DNA of 63,832 nucleotides, filler included, from Platydemus manokwari (Eukaryota): the NCBI GenBank assembly GCA_037951405.1. It is 6 parts of 6 records of this genome, joined end to end, with 100 filler letters (N's around TTAATTAATTAA, not from the genome) between each part and the next. Parts side by side here need not be neighbours in the genome. Positions count along the whole stretch, not along the records: positions 10,061 to 18,975 come from JBBMOY011330428.1; positions 19,076 to 32,551 come from JBBMOY011711400.1; 4 more parts are not named here. One strand, given 5' to 3'. Position numbers and translations under genes: made by a program. The notes beneath the pieces were generated by a model, which ran no database searches, was not told the DNA's origin, and saw nothing but the letters and a program-made list of their open reading frames with translations. Shown piece by piece: positions 14,230-27,600 of the stretch; positions within the stretch are counted from its first letter, which is position 1; every line of letters begins with the position of its first letter.

Positions 14230-14650
14230 ATAAATGTGTTTATACCTATAAACCCCTATGATTTGAGACAAGAAGTTTTTGATTATTACTTCAATGAATA
14301 TGATATGACCGGACACAGGTAGAACGATTTCAGAGGTTGTCATTGTATTTAAAATCATACACGTTGCAAATATTTCAAGGATTACACTTTAGTGAGATTA
14401 AGTGAGATTGTAATACATAAAATTAGTTGCGGAATTAAATAGAAAATTAGTTATGGGGATGATGTACATGAATTTTATATAAAACAGTGTAATGATAGAC
14501 ATCAAATATTTGAAGAAACTATACGAGAATATTCAATGGCATTAAACAAATAAGTAATTAATGCTTTTTGAAAAAATGAATCTGTTGAAGGGCGTAAGAA
14601 AATGATTATAGGTTAATTTAAAAGGGGATAATACCCTTATTACAGGTTCA
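14230..14650 (+). pseudogene. Ty3/gypsy-like gag capsid fragment
   Basis: Frameshifted RLSLYLKSYTLQIFQGL...YGDDVHEFYIKQCNDRHQIFEETIREYSMALNK*VINAF...FKRG, matching the retrotransposon gag R-x-Q-x3-E-x3-EY motif. Confidence 0.65.
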
Positions 14651-15861
14651 ATAGCATTTGCAGAATATGAAAATTTAATGAGTTATTTCATATATCTAAT
14701 CGAGTTGAAATAATTTGCGAATCAAATAGTTTGCCAAATCGTAATATGAGTTATTGGATACCTAGAAATTATCCATTAGTAAGCACAATAACATTTAAGG
14801 GAGATAAAAAGGAGATACATCCCACCACTGTTAAAAATAACATAGTGGCTAAAGATGATGAGTAAAATTTTGATATTAATATGATATGGGAATAATTAAA
14901 CAAAGTGTTAACGCAATTTCAAATGAAGGACGATAATGTTAATCAGGAAATGAATAACTAAAAAGAAAAAAAAGAAAAATTAATAGGGATAAAGAATTAG
15001 ACACAAAAATAAGAGTAAAAATTTTGTGGAAAAAAGCAGAACAGATATATTTAAAAAAAGGAAAAAGAGGAATTAAAAGGAAAATTAGAAGAATTAATGT
15101 TTAAGGAAATATTTCACGATCGAATAAAAAAAGGGAATTTTGACATTATGATCAAAAAGAGAAAATGAAAAGTAGGGAAGATAAGTTGAAAATATTAGAC
15201 AGGCTTTTAGAAAAAATTCGTACATAAACTCAAGTGAAAATAAAGAAAACGCATTGTACTCAAGTAGTAAAAATTATAATAGATCTTGCATAATGAAGAC
15301 ATTAAGACGAAAAGTCGAAAAAGTACAACAAAATGTTAGATATGAAAATTTTGAAAAGATTAGAGAAATGATAAGAGAAATACAATTACAAGCAAGAGAA
15401 CCAAGAAAGTTAACAGATTAAGATTACATTAAAATGTTGTGAAAAAATAATAAGGATAAACACGGAATTACAAAAACCGTTTAGATTAAGCATTTGGACA
15501 TTTAAGGGAAATAAGGATCATAAAATAAAATTCCCAATACATGCATGGACAAACGTTAATAAACTGAAGAAAACAATAACACAGCAATTACATCAAAAAT
15601 ATGACATAACAGCAGAGAATATGATAATATTATGTAAACCAAAGGAGTTAGAAGATAATGAATATTATGATCCGGATAGTCTCTGAATTCATTCCAGTAA
15701 AAAAACGAGAATATAATTGAAGTCAATAACGAAAAAAAATGATTAGAATAATAGGGAAATTTGTATGTTATCTAATAGGAAAACTGTTGCGCGAGATAAG
15801 AGAAAGAAGGTACTAGTGATTTTAAGACGACGGATAGTCATTCCGTTATTTTGGCACCCAA

Positions 15862-16033
15862 ATTTGATTATGAGGAATTCAAAATGGATAATGAGAAATT
15901 TGAAGTTTAGTAAGAGGAATCTAAAATTGATATTGAAAATTATCTAAGATTTGATTATGAGGAATTCTAAATGGATAATGAGAAATTTGAAGTTTAGTAA
16001 GAGGAATCTAAAATTGATATTGAAAATTATCTA
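15862..16033 (+). repeat. Tandem duplication, 87-bp unit x2
   Basis: atttgattatgaggaattc...gaaaattatcta occurs at 15862 and 15949, nearly identical. Confidence 0.95.
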
Positions 16034-17315
16034 CGATAATCTAGAACAAATGAGGGGTTAGACTTAATTAAGACCCATATTTAAGGAAGATGAAATAATC
16101 TCAGTGAGTATAGTAAGTCGGACAAACAAAATTACACAATTAACACAATCTCCTAGGATAAATATAATATAAATATAATAAGCTGTCAAGAGGGAAAAAA
16201 CCAAGAAAACGAAATAAAAAATTAAATAGAAGTAAAAAATGATAAATTGAATAGCCACTAAACTAGTAGAAATCCTAAAAGTGAAAAACAGCAACAGTTG
16301 AATATCTAAAATATGAAATTCATCTAAACTGGCCATTAAAAAGAGAATTAACTAAAGGAGGATCATATAAAATAGATGTATGGATGTTAATAAGGAAAAA
16401 AAGATAAAAACAGAAGTACTCATGAATAATGAGCAAAAACTGGAATATTACTAAACATGTGCAAATAAAGAAAAAAGGATAACGGCAATCATGAAAACTT
16501 GGGAAGGAAGAATTAGTAGAAAAGAAGATAATATTAAATTACCATAGTGGTTATTAGGAGCATTTGTATATCAATTAAAAAGAAAATTAAAGAAAAGGAA
16601 GAAGAAGAAAAATTTCGAATAAGTTGAATTGCATCAATCAAGTGGTTTAAGAAATGGATATCACAAAAACATGAATAATAAAACAGGAAAAAATACGTGG
16701 TAAGATGATAGTGGTAAGAGATAGTATGAGCAAATGACTAGTAAGTAAAGACAATCAGTACATAGAGAAGACAGAAGTGTTAAACAGCTATAGTGACGGA
16801 TTGGGAGACAAATAGGTTAATCAAGAAACATAGAAAAGTAAAACAATCAAAGAGAAAAATAGAATAATATTTCATAAATAGAAGAGAATGTGAACCAAAC
16901 AAAATATTTATGAAATATAAACAATGGACTTTAGTAAAAATATAAATTTTGAAAGATATGTTCTGGGAAAGACCAAAAAATATAGTAATAGTTAACATAA
17001 ATGTACAAAAGAAAAATATACGAAGAATAATTCCTTGAAGACATGCAAATTTGAACGTATGTTGAGGGTATAATGCAAAAAACAGTAAATGTAATGAATA
17101 ACCAAATAATCAGTAGAGATAAAGGAGAGGAATTGATACTAAATGAATATTAAAATGAAATTAATCAAAGTCATCGATGGACTAAATTAATACAATCAAT
17201 TTTAGAACGAATATATGAAAATGAGAAACTAATAATAAAAAAGAGATAAACAATTAGAAAACATCCGCTTAAATAAAAATCTAAATATATCACCGTGGTT
17301 CAAACGTTATTAACA

Positions 17316-18780
17316 ATGTATTTAGTAGTATTACTGGGTTGTGTAGATACATGAATAGACGGTTATTAATGCTGTAATCTACAAATGGGACACAAATACT
17401 TATTATTTGACATAGATAAATGTCTGGGGGCATACCCAGTAAATTTAACAAAATCTTTAGCTAAGGAAATGTATGTGTACCAAAAGTCCGAATTTCTAGT
17501 GAAAAGGCCAGAGAATGTAAAATAATATTTCAAAAATTAACATTTAATTGATGGTTATCAGTAACATATACAACAATATTAGAACCGGCATGAGCATCGG
17601 TGCAGAAATATCAACAGAGAAAAAATACAGACAAGCATTTGAAAAATGTACATATTACACATCACAAGTATATGCAATAACATTAGGAAAAGGAATTACA
17701 AGACAAACAATAGAACCAGGAGGATATTTTAGGGATCAGAATATTTTAGGTGTGGAATAAGGTGCTCGAAAATGTAGTAGTGCTAAAACATTATATCTCA
17801 GAGTTACGAGAATCTCAATTAACATGTGACGCACAAACTTAAAAAATCACAAGGTGAATAAATTGTGAACATGGAAAAGAAATATGTGACATAGGAATAT
17901 CATTAATCATGTATAAGGTAAACCCATATCAATGCTCATTACTTAAAAAATCACATCCAATAAGTGATAAAATGTTAAAAGAAACAAAATTTGCATAGAG
18001 TTAGTTATTCGATTGTAATTGAGAAACATCTGAATTGAGTTTGAAAGAAACATCTACAGTATGTATGAGTGAAGAAGAAAAAAGTGCAATGAGATTAATA
18101 CATAAAGGATATGATAAAAGATGTGCTCAAGTGGCCATAGTATCAAATTATAAGAGAATATACTTAAGCAAAAATGAAATGAAAGATGCTAAAAAGGCAG
18201 TGAATAAGTTGGATGTGAAACTGGCACAATACTTTAACATTAATTTGGACTATTTTTATCACTTAGCTCATGAAATAATGGGAAAGGTTTATATAAAATT
18301 AATCTTGAATTTCTGTAAGCTTAGTAGAGAAATATTAAAGACCAAATTAGCATTAGCCATAACAAATATTTAACGAATAAGCAACATTTGATCTAGTTGT
18401 AGGATATGTTATCTACACCTTTAAGGATAAAAACGTCAAAATTTAGTAGTAAAAAAACATGAGCATTATTCCAACAAAATGTCAATAATATATAATAAAC
18501 AAAACACATTCATGCAGCCGATTACGAGAATCATACTAGGACATAATTATAAGACGTCACATTATCGCTTTTCCAAACGCAATGGTTTCTATATTTCGAT
18601 CGGTCGATGGAAGAAGGCTGGAACAGATGATAAGAAACCACGTAGTAATGTAAAAACATTAAGAGCAAGTAGACCAACTTGAAATTTGGCATTAAAACAA
18701 TTGAATGATATGGATAATAATAGATAATATACACTAGAAGACAGAAAAGCAAGAAAGCATATGTTATACCTAATACTGAG
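17316..18780 (+). pseudogene. Chuvirus-like (class III fusion) envelope glycoprotein ectodomain (copy C)
   Basis: Colinear blocks across frameshifts: IDGY*CC...FDIDKC...YVYQ...ARECKI; KLAQYFNINLDYFYH...VY...NFCKLSREILKTKLALA; VVGYVIYTFK; TFMQPITRII; KARKHMLY. Order and Cys pattern fit chuviral G proteins as recalled. Confidence 0.72.
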
Positions 18781-18975
18781 GGAGTTTGAAACAGAATGAA
18801 GAAACAATAGAGAAAGTGATTCGAGATCAATGGGTTCTGAAGTACGGAGCACCAAAAGAAATACATGTAGATTGCGGTAAATGTTTTGAATCACAGAAAA
18901 TCAAAGAGATGGCTTTTAGAATGGGGACGGATATAATATTTTCCAGTCCATATCACCACAATACAAATGGATTGA
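18781..18975 (+). pseudogene. Ty3/gypsy integrase core fragment
   Basis: WVLKYGAPKEIHVDCGKCFES...FSSPYHHNTNGL (rve core); truncated by the contig end. Confidence 0.9.
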
Positions 18976-19157
18976 NNNNNNNNNNNNNNNNNNNNNNNNN
19001 NNNNNNNNNNNNNNNNNNNTTAATTAATTAANNNNNNNNNNNNNNNNNNNNNNNNNNNNNNNNNNNNNNNNNNNNAATCTTTATTACCAAGAAAATAAGA
19101 ATACAACATTTTTGTTAACATAGACATAAGGTATATTCACACAAAACTTTCAGACAA

Positions 19158-20117
19158 TTATTCTTCTGCCTCCATCTGAGTTAACAATTGCCTAAGATCG
19201 TTGTCAAATACACTCATGGTTGTTGGTTTCGAATGAATTTCAATTGGAAAACTTGGAGCTATCAGTGACGGAAAAGGTAGATTATTTGGTAATTCATTTT
19301 CGACATCCCAGTAATCATTAAAATTTAAAAACAGAATTATCGCGATGTCTACGCAATAAAACATATTCGTCATCCTCAAGCTCGAAAGGTGGATTTCTCA
19401 TCAAGAATTTTGGTTGGCAAATAAATGTCTGATTGAATACTACATTTCAGTAAATTTAGGTTTGCTTGTAGGTAAGTACGGATTTTCCGATTTTACGGGA
19501 GAAGTACTCTTAAATAGAGGTTCATTAAATTCATGCAATTTTATACGCCTTTCAATTGCACCTCTATGCTCAATAGTTATTTTCGGTAAAGATGATTCCC
19601 ATTTATTGGTAGTAATGATTCTTGGAAGAATCATTGGTAATTCAGCATGACTATACTTTGCATTGCAGGAATAAGGACGTTCTAAGTAGATCATATGAAT
19701 TATGTCGGTGGCATGCATTCCTCTCAGACTATAATCATCAAAAACAACACTATTAGTTACATTAGGATCCTCTGATATTTTATTTAAATTTTGACTACAG
19801 GTAGCCAAAACAGGTATTTTAAAATGATGTAATGAAAAATTAGTTTCGCCAATTGTGGTAGGAACTTCAAAAATATGAGTAAGATTATCCCATACATTAA
19901 TTAGAGGTAGAGTAAATAATGTATACAACTTAGCTACTGATTCCCCAGCATGGTTAGCTAAACTTCCGCTAATCGATTTACGTTTCAAAGTATATTCTTT
20001 TGGTTCAGGATTACGTAGTAAAGTCATTGCATCAGTTTTATTGGAACGATCATATGCTTTTCTAAACCCTTCGATCCAACAAATGTTACTAAATTTATTG
20101 TAGAGAAACTCATCCAA
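19158..20117 (-). pseudogene. Endogenous CRESS-DNA-virus-like Rep, SF3 helicase domain with C-terminal extension
   Basis: Degenerate Walker A (HIFEVPTTIGETNF), Walker B (VVFDD), B' region (CNAKYSHAELP), motif C (PRIITTN) and Arg finger (AIERR). AATAAA on the minus strand at 19080-19085. Confidence 0.8.
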
Positions 20118-20307
20118 CAGGTTAATTCTAATAGTCGCGTTTATACTATTAAATCTTACAAAATTACCTATTCTTCTATTTCAAGTTTACTTATGAAAAA
20201 TAGTATTAATTTATTTCAAACATTTATTCGTAATAATTCTTTTAGATTTCTCATCGGTAATTAATGTTTATCATATGACTTGTCTGCGAATTTAAGTAAC
20301 TTTATTG

Positions 20308-20360
20308 CAGGGGTGGCCAACCGGTCGATCTTGAAGCCAATTTTAGTCTATCGCGTGAGA
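20308..20360 (+). mobile_element. hAT-like terminal inverted repeat remnant
   Basis: CAGGGGTGGCCAACC resembles hAT/Charlie termini; partner end not found. Confidence 0.4.
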
Positions 20361-21559
20361 TGTTATTCAAATAAAAAGTCGATCTTACGTACTCCTCTGC
20401 TATATTATATTTAACAATTCTAATTAACGACCGATGAACTTGTCTAAAAGGATTTCAAAGGTAACAAGGTACTGAAGAATTTATTGACGAAATTTAGTTT
20501 TTCCGCTGTGCATTGGTTTTCAATAATTATTTTTAACGCATTAAAAGTAAAAAACTAATACAACTGGTAATAAGTTCAATGATAAGATCAATAAATGTCA
20601 TTAGATTGAGTTACTCACCAGTGAAAATAATTTGTTCAAAATATTCAATGAAACGAATCGTTAATTATTCGGATCAACAATTTTATATTTCGTAAAACTC
20701 TCGATGATTTACAAATATCAACTTTTCCAAACCCAAATCAATACCTTAATTGGCATAATAATAAACACAAACAAACTTTAATTTTCTCATGACTTATCTT
20801 CAAGGTCACTGTTGTTTTAATTCATTAATTTAACTTCAATAATATATTTATTCTTTTCAAATGAAAAATGAGTGACAAAATTTCAAAATTGTAATGAAAA
20901 ATTAATTCATTGGTCATTCAAAGAATGGAAATTAATGTCAGTATTCATTGAACAAAACAAATGTTTTTCACTGACCGATTTATATTGCGATTGACTCATT
21001 CATGAATAAGTTAGCTTGATCTTTCTTGTTTAAAGTATTTGGGGAAGTGAATCATTATTTGCATTGGAAACGAATATCTCACATGTCAAAATGAAAATGT
21101 TTGCTCACAAATAACAGAACAAATCAATGCTTAATCCGAAACGCGAAAACCACTAAATTCTATTTTAAAATTTTCGATTGTAAAGAAATTTAAATTTGGA
21201 ATAAGTGGAGGAAATATTTAGATATTTAACTGGAATATAAGATGAAGTTCAAATAAAAATTTGATGTTTTGTAATTTGAATCTCCCGCTTATGGTGATGA
21301 TCTTTTTGGAATATTCTCGACGTCAAACGAATTCAGCTTCATCTTGGGCGAATAGAACTGCTGTTGAGGACAAACATAATTCTATAATTAAGTTGGTTTT
21401 CGATGTCTTTTAATGGGTTTGTTTCATCTTTCTCCAGACCATCAATTCCATACTCATCGTACTATCCATTGATTTCCTTCGATTTCAGTCGGCGAACTTT
21501 AATGACGTATTTTCTAATTCCAATAATTTCTTTATCGATTTTGATGTTTTGCTATGCAC

Positions 21560-21687
21560 TCCATAACGTTGATGAATTGTCTAGTAGAGAGAGATATTCT
21601 CGAGCTGTTGACAAGCGAACTCGTCCTTGTATTAATGAAAATGGTGGATATTTTGAAAATAAAATTCGAAAATGGAAGTCTTTATAA
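21560..21687 (+). pseudogene. Tc1/mariner transposase C-terminal scrap
   Basis: KRTRPCINENGGYFE matches the R-x3-CI-x2-NGG-x-FE terminus. Confidence 0.65.
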
Positions 21688-24600
21688 AATGAGACTTGGG
21701 ATATTCGATGTTGACAAGTGCTGAATTTATTGATCTACTGTTTGGATATTTTTGTTAGGATTTTCAATCGGTATTATTATTGATTTCAGTCGAGAAATTC
21801 TAATCATTCTGCTATTGTATCAATATTAATAAATTGTTCTTTCAGTTTCAGAAATGTATGAAATATTTAGACCAAAACTCATGGAAAATTTAACCCTTGA
21901 AACCCTTTTTAAATTGTTTTCCCAAGATAATATTCATATTTAGTGATAAATAAGATAACTAAAGAGCCAGCAGAAGATTATTATTTTCGCTGTTCAACGA
22001 GATACACGAATAATGCAGATATACCAAGTATCTACAAGGACAAACACAAACCTACAATAGCTCTTTAATTATCCTGTGAAAAGAAAAGAGAACAAACATC
22101 TCTATTCAATTACAAACCAAAATTATACCAAAAATCTGACCACTACTTTTGAACATTTTCAGTCTCATACTGATTATTACCACTTTGTGTTGTAGCCAGT
22201 TGCAGTAAGTCCCAATCGATCATTGACAATCTCAATTGTTAACCCAAGTTTTCCAGTCTCGATTATCATATATGAGATGATTTACTGAAACGATTTGAAA
22301 TATATAGCACAGTTATTATTCCATAAGATGACTTTACTTATCACAACAAGAATAATCAATTAAAACACTGAGTACATTTTCGATTCGTTTAAAAAATTTT
22401 TTAGAGAAATAAAATAAAATTTAATGTTCTTCTACTTCAGATTCTTCTCAAGATTTGTGATCTAAATATATATAAAATCTAAAACAGTTGGAACAACCAG
22501 TAAAATATATAGTAAAATTGATGAACTAATCAGTGGTTGAGATCTATTGAGGATTGATTAAGGACTTGTAATCACAATGTTCCAATACCAACTGACCGAT
22601 TTTCTAACAAAAGAAGAAAAACATTATTTAATCATTTTCTAAAAACAAAAATCTATAATAAAAATCTGGTATATATTTTTATTACTTTTCTCATCGATAA
22701 TGAATAATAAAAAGTAATATAATGTCTTCGCCATAGATAATAAGATAGTATCTCTCAATCCAGAATTGATATTTTTATGCTGATAATGCTGAAAATGTTC
22801 ATTATTCGGATTCGATGTATAAAGTGAAAATTACTGGCAATACTGGCACGATAAATTCATTCATTTGTGAAAAATATCCTGTCATGGAACAAAAAATTTA
22901 TCTGTTACTCGAATGGTGAATGTAAATATTGATCAAAACTGCAGGCAGTTATAATAAACCATAATTTGTGATTCAAGGTCAAGTAGAAAGGATGACGAAA
23001 CCAAAACTAATTGATGAGTTGCCTGTTTGAGTGGCCACCGCTTTAATTGACAAACTAACGTTATGCTTTCACCGATTTTGTTGCCCACTAAATTCAATGA
23101 ACTCTGAAATTATCAGTTCCAATAAATGTCAACACAAAATTTATTTTCAATAAATAATCGTGATGTAAAAATAATACCTCTTCAGATGAATATGCTTATA
23201 ATTAAAAAATTATAATAAAATTTTATCCAATCAAATTCTAGATAAATTGTGGAAAATCAATCAAATTTACAGATTGTATCAAAGATCAATACAGATAATT
23301 TAGAGACGAATACTCAAGGCTTCTATGTAATCCGTACTGAAGGTAGAGAAGATCTCAATCTAGTTGATGTAACAGAGAATATACCAAATATAATGCTATT
23401 CTAGTCATTGTAATATTTTTTTCTTCCAGGTTACATAATAATTCGATAAGACAAATCTAAATAAACATTTAAAAGAACATAAAGAATTATTTAATTTTAT
23501 CCATGATTACACTTGTTAGAACAGTAACGAACTAGTAAAAGTTTTAATGATAATTCCTGGTATGAAGGTAATAAGAGTGATGAAATCAAGTACCATTCGA
23601 CGAACATATTGTCCTATTAGAGAATTTAAATAAACCCATTTTTATAAGGCTTCCAATGATGGCAGATCAGTATTTTTACCGCTATTTTTATTTTATTGAT
23701 CAATTTTTTATAAGAAATGTTATTTTCAGTAAATCTATGTGATATTCATCGATATTAGCAAATAAAGCACATGTAGGATCAGTAAGTTATCGTTTTAGAG
23801 ATCATTAAAATAAAGTAACATTAACAACGTGTATATTATAAACTTCGTTCCTTACTAGAAAATCTTACAAATCTGCATGTGTATGTTGACGATTTATTAT
23901 AAATAGAAATTCGAAAAAATTTACAATGAAATTTTATAAAACAATAATTTTTTGAATAATTATAATTATAACATGATTTGGTGTCGTGACTTTTCAGTTC
24001 GTTTCTGATGTGTGTGCTTCATAAAATAGCAGCGGTTTTCATGGTGACTTCGACATTTGTATTTGATTCTGAGAATGTCTCTGGCATGGAAGTATACAAG
24101 AGAAGGGAGAGTTATAGAAAAGATGTAAAGATATAGCAAAGTTGTATAGAATATGTGAGGAAAATTCAAATTAACTAATAATAATTTTAAATAAAAATTT
24201 TAATAAAATATTTTTAATAATTTAATAAATTTTAAAATATAAAAAAGTATTTTAAAATTTAAATAGAATTATTGAATATGAATTATTTATTAAATAATTA
24301 AGATATTTTTATCTATACCTGATTAAGATTGATAATGAAATTTCTCTAGAAAAGGAATTTTAATTTGTTTAAAAATTGGTGGCATTAAATAAAAATTAAG
24401 AAAATCGTAATAATGACTTCTTTTGTTGAAACATCCATTTCAAGTGAAGTAGCTGTTACTAACTTAATATATTGAAAAGAAAAGGTGTAAATATTAATAA
24501 GGCATAACTATATCGAGAAGATAATCAATATAGATACGATATATGCGGTATAAAGAAAATATAAAGAAGAGAAAAAATTTAACTTTTTATATAGATCAAT

Positions 24601-27600
24601 ATCTTCAGAATTTGATTGAGATATTTAAAAATTAAGTGGAAACCAAAGATTTTAAACAAACTGTTGTGTGAGAATTTATAATGAATTGTAATTGGATAAA
24701 TTCCCCCTATCAGATGTTTATAAGATTGGTTTGAATGATTGTAATTAAAATATAATTTGACGTGGCGACTTTTCATTTCCTTTACAACACCTGCTTTATA
24801 AAATAGCAGGGGCTTACAATGTGTATGTGAGAATTGTTATGCATTGGATTGTTTTAATCTTTGTCTGAATACTAATATAATCATCACAATTATCTTTTCG
24901 TGTATTAAATTACTATATCGCATGAAGTACGATAAATGCGTCTCACCATCATCAAGACTTTGATAATATCTATCGATATGGATTACTATTATCGAGTCAA
25001 AAACAGTCTATATTTCGAAATACCGATGGTAATTCGTGATTGGCTTCATAGAAAAATTCTAATCTAAGCTGTTACATTTGATTTGGAAACATTGAATTGA
25101 AACATGGTTTCACAAAAAACTTTGGAAAGCCTTTTAAAATGTAAATTTTTTTGTTATTTTTATCGGATTATTTCATTTATATATGAAAGAAAAATCGTTG
25201 TCAAATCCTGGGTATAAGCTACAAAAACGTCACAGTTTTGAGTCGCAGCTTATGTGACTAAAGACCATTTCAGGTATGAATTCATGCAAATATCAAATCA
25301 TAAATAACATGCAAATAAAGATAATCTTATTTATTGACTACCATGCAAATGTGTTCGATTTGGATCCATTACTTTGATAAGAGAGGTTTTCATGCGATCA
25401 ACAGTCGAATCAATTTTCATTTATATGTTATCATTGAACAGCTTCCTGTATGTTTTGTAATTGATGAGCTACTTCAACTACAAATGTTGCAACTTATACC
25501 AATAAAAATAAAGCTCAAAATGGCATCAATGGGGTTAATATGTGCTGCAGCTTATATTCGGGATTTTATTAATATTATATTTATTTTTCGAATTTATTTA
25601 TCAGTGTCCTAAAACCTATGAGTTTGCTACGCAAAGCATTGCTTAGTATTGTTATTACTACAAAATATATAAATTTAAACTGGGATAAGAAAAAAATTCA
25701 CCGTTTTCCTTTTTTGATGAGAAAATCTATTTTTAAAATTTTCCAAACGACATGTATTTAAACCCATTAATGGAATTAAATCCAAGGATTAACAAAAAAC
25801 AAAATAGGATAAATAAATTCTGGCAACCTATCCATAGACCGGTTTTATTTTGGAAGAAATGACAAAAATAGGGCAAATTTTTTATTAAAATCTCTCCTAA
25901 AAACTTAAATTTCTGAGACACATGAATATTTACTTAAGCTGAGCTTGTTTTTTTTAATTGATGTCCTCGAGTGGTTTATTTATAAGTAATATATCTACAG
26001 AGATAATCTATTTATGAAGAGATTATTGAGTTTTATTTGTTTCTTTCGAAGATATACACACCTTTACGATAAAAGATAAAAGTGGATTAAACATATCTCA
26101 CTGAAAAAATGCTCGATATTTCTATCGATATAAGAATTGGGATTTACTTAATTCTAACTTTAATCATTCGTCAACATTTATCCCAGGATTCAGTGGTAGA
26201 TAATTAAACTGATCAAATAACATGCTAAATGCAAAGAAATACTCGACTGATTCATTATAAACCCATAATAATTTAACTGGTAAAAATATATTTTCTATAA
26301 AACCAGCACCCATTCAATTTTTCTGAGAGAATTTCTTGCAATTTTATAAAACAACATCACCAGGGAAGAAATTTCGCTGCTTTCTACGAACCGAATACTG
26401 CCAATCTAAAAATGTTGGAAAACATTGGAGCTCTAAGATTTCAGAACACCGTGCTGGGGACGAAGTAAAGAAAGAACATCAAACGAAATTATGTGTTGAC
26501 ATCAACAATAAGTGATTTAAATCCTATGTTAATTGAACTTGACAATGGTTGTGTTGGGGAAACTGTAACTGTTCTCAGTTATGAAATTTGCTTTGATATC
26601 CATTATGGAAATGCAAAGAAAATGAATCTATCCCCGGATATCACTAAGCGTATATCGTCTTATGGAAATTGAAAATTTTCCCGCTGACACCAAACACGGA
26701 AACGACACATCTAATGTTGTCAAATCACTTCTACATTCAATACACTCTTAAAAAGCAAAAATCCTATCCAACGAAATAATTGCTGATTCAGTGGAAGTTG
26801 TGGAATTTTTTTTTGTTTTCACGAACGGGCATTTTTTGTTTGACTTAATTTCTTATATTTTCTCTGTGGGTTTTTTCTTCGCGTTTACTATTCTGTCTGA
26901 AACCAACACAAATTGATGAACTGATGTCATTTTTCTACTACGTCATTCAAGCTACAATAATAAACATTGAGATTTTTTCGGAATTTTTTTTTTCTAATTT
27001 TTTTCGGAATTTTTTTTTCGATATATAATTATTTGTGAAGAAATTGTTGAAAAATAAATACTTTCAATTAATTGGAAATTGTTTTTGAAATTTCTTTTGA
27101 TGGAGCAACTTTCATTTGAATAATTGGGATGATAAATATCCGTCTCATCATTTGTTTGGTCGACGCGATTTTTTGCCTTAATTATTCCAAAATAACAATG
27201 AATTTCCATTTGTTTTTTTTTCATATTTTTAATATTTAATCATGCAGCTAAGAAATGTTATTAATAAAAATTATTTATACATATTTATTACATAATGGTA
27301 ATAGTGCTTATATTATGACGGGGCAATCAACCCCCATCTTCTCAATTTGAGCTAAAAATTTGTTTCGTTGATGATTTTTTAAATTTTTTCTGCGATATTT
27401 ATTTTATGTAATACATATAAATTCAATGAATAATTTATAATGACAGTTTGTTTAACCTTAAAGTCAATTATGATTGGGGTTATTTGATTCCCTTTAAAAT
27501 AACAATTTTCCTAAATTTACAATACATTAGAAATAAATCTGTTAATTTTAAATATTGGTTTGTAATTGTTTGTTGGTAAATTATACAAGAAATAATCTAT

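Noticed and set aside
15862-16033. Direct repeats as a CRISPR-like array
   Set aside because: Simple head-to-tail duplication with no spacers, in eukaryotic context.
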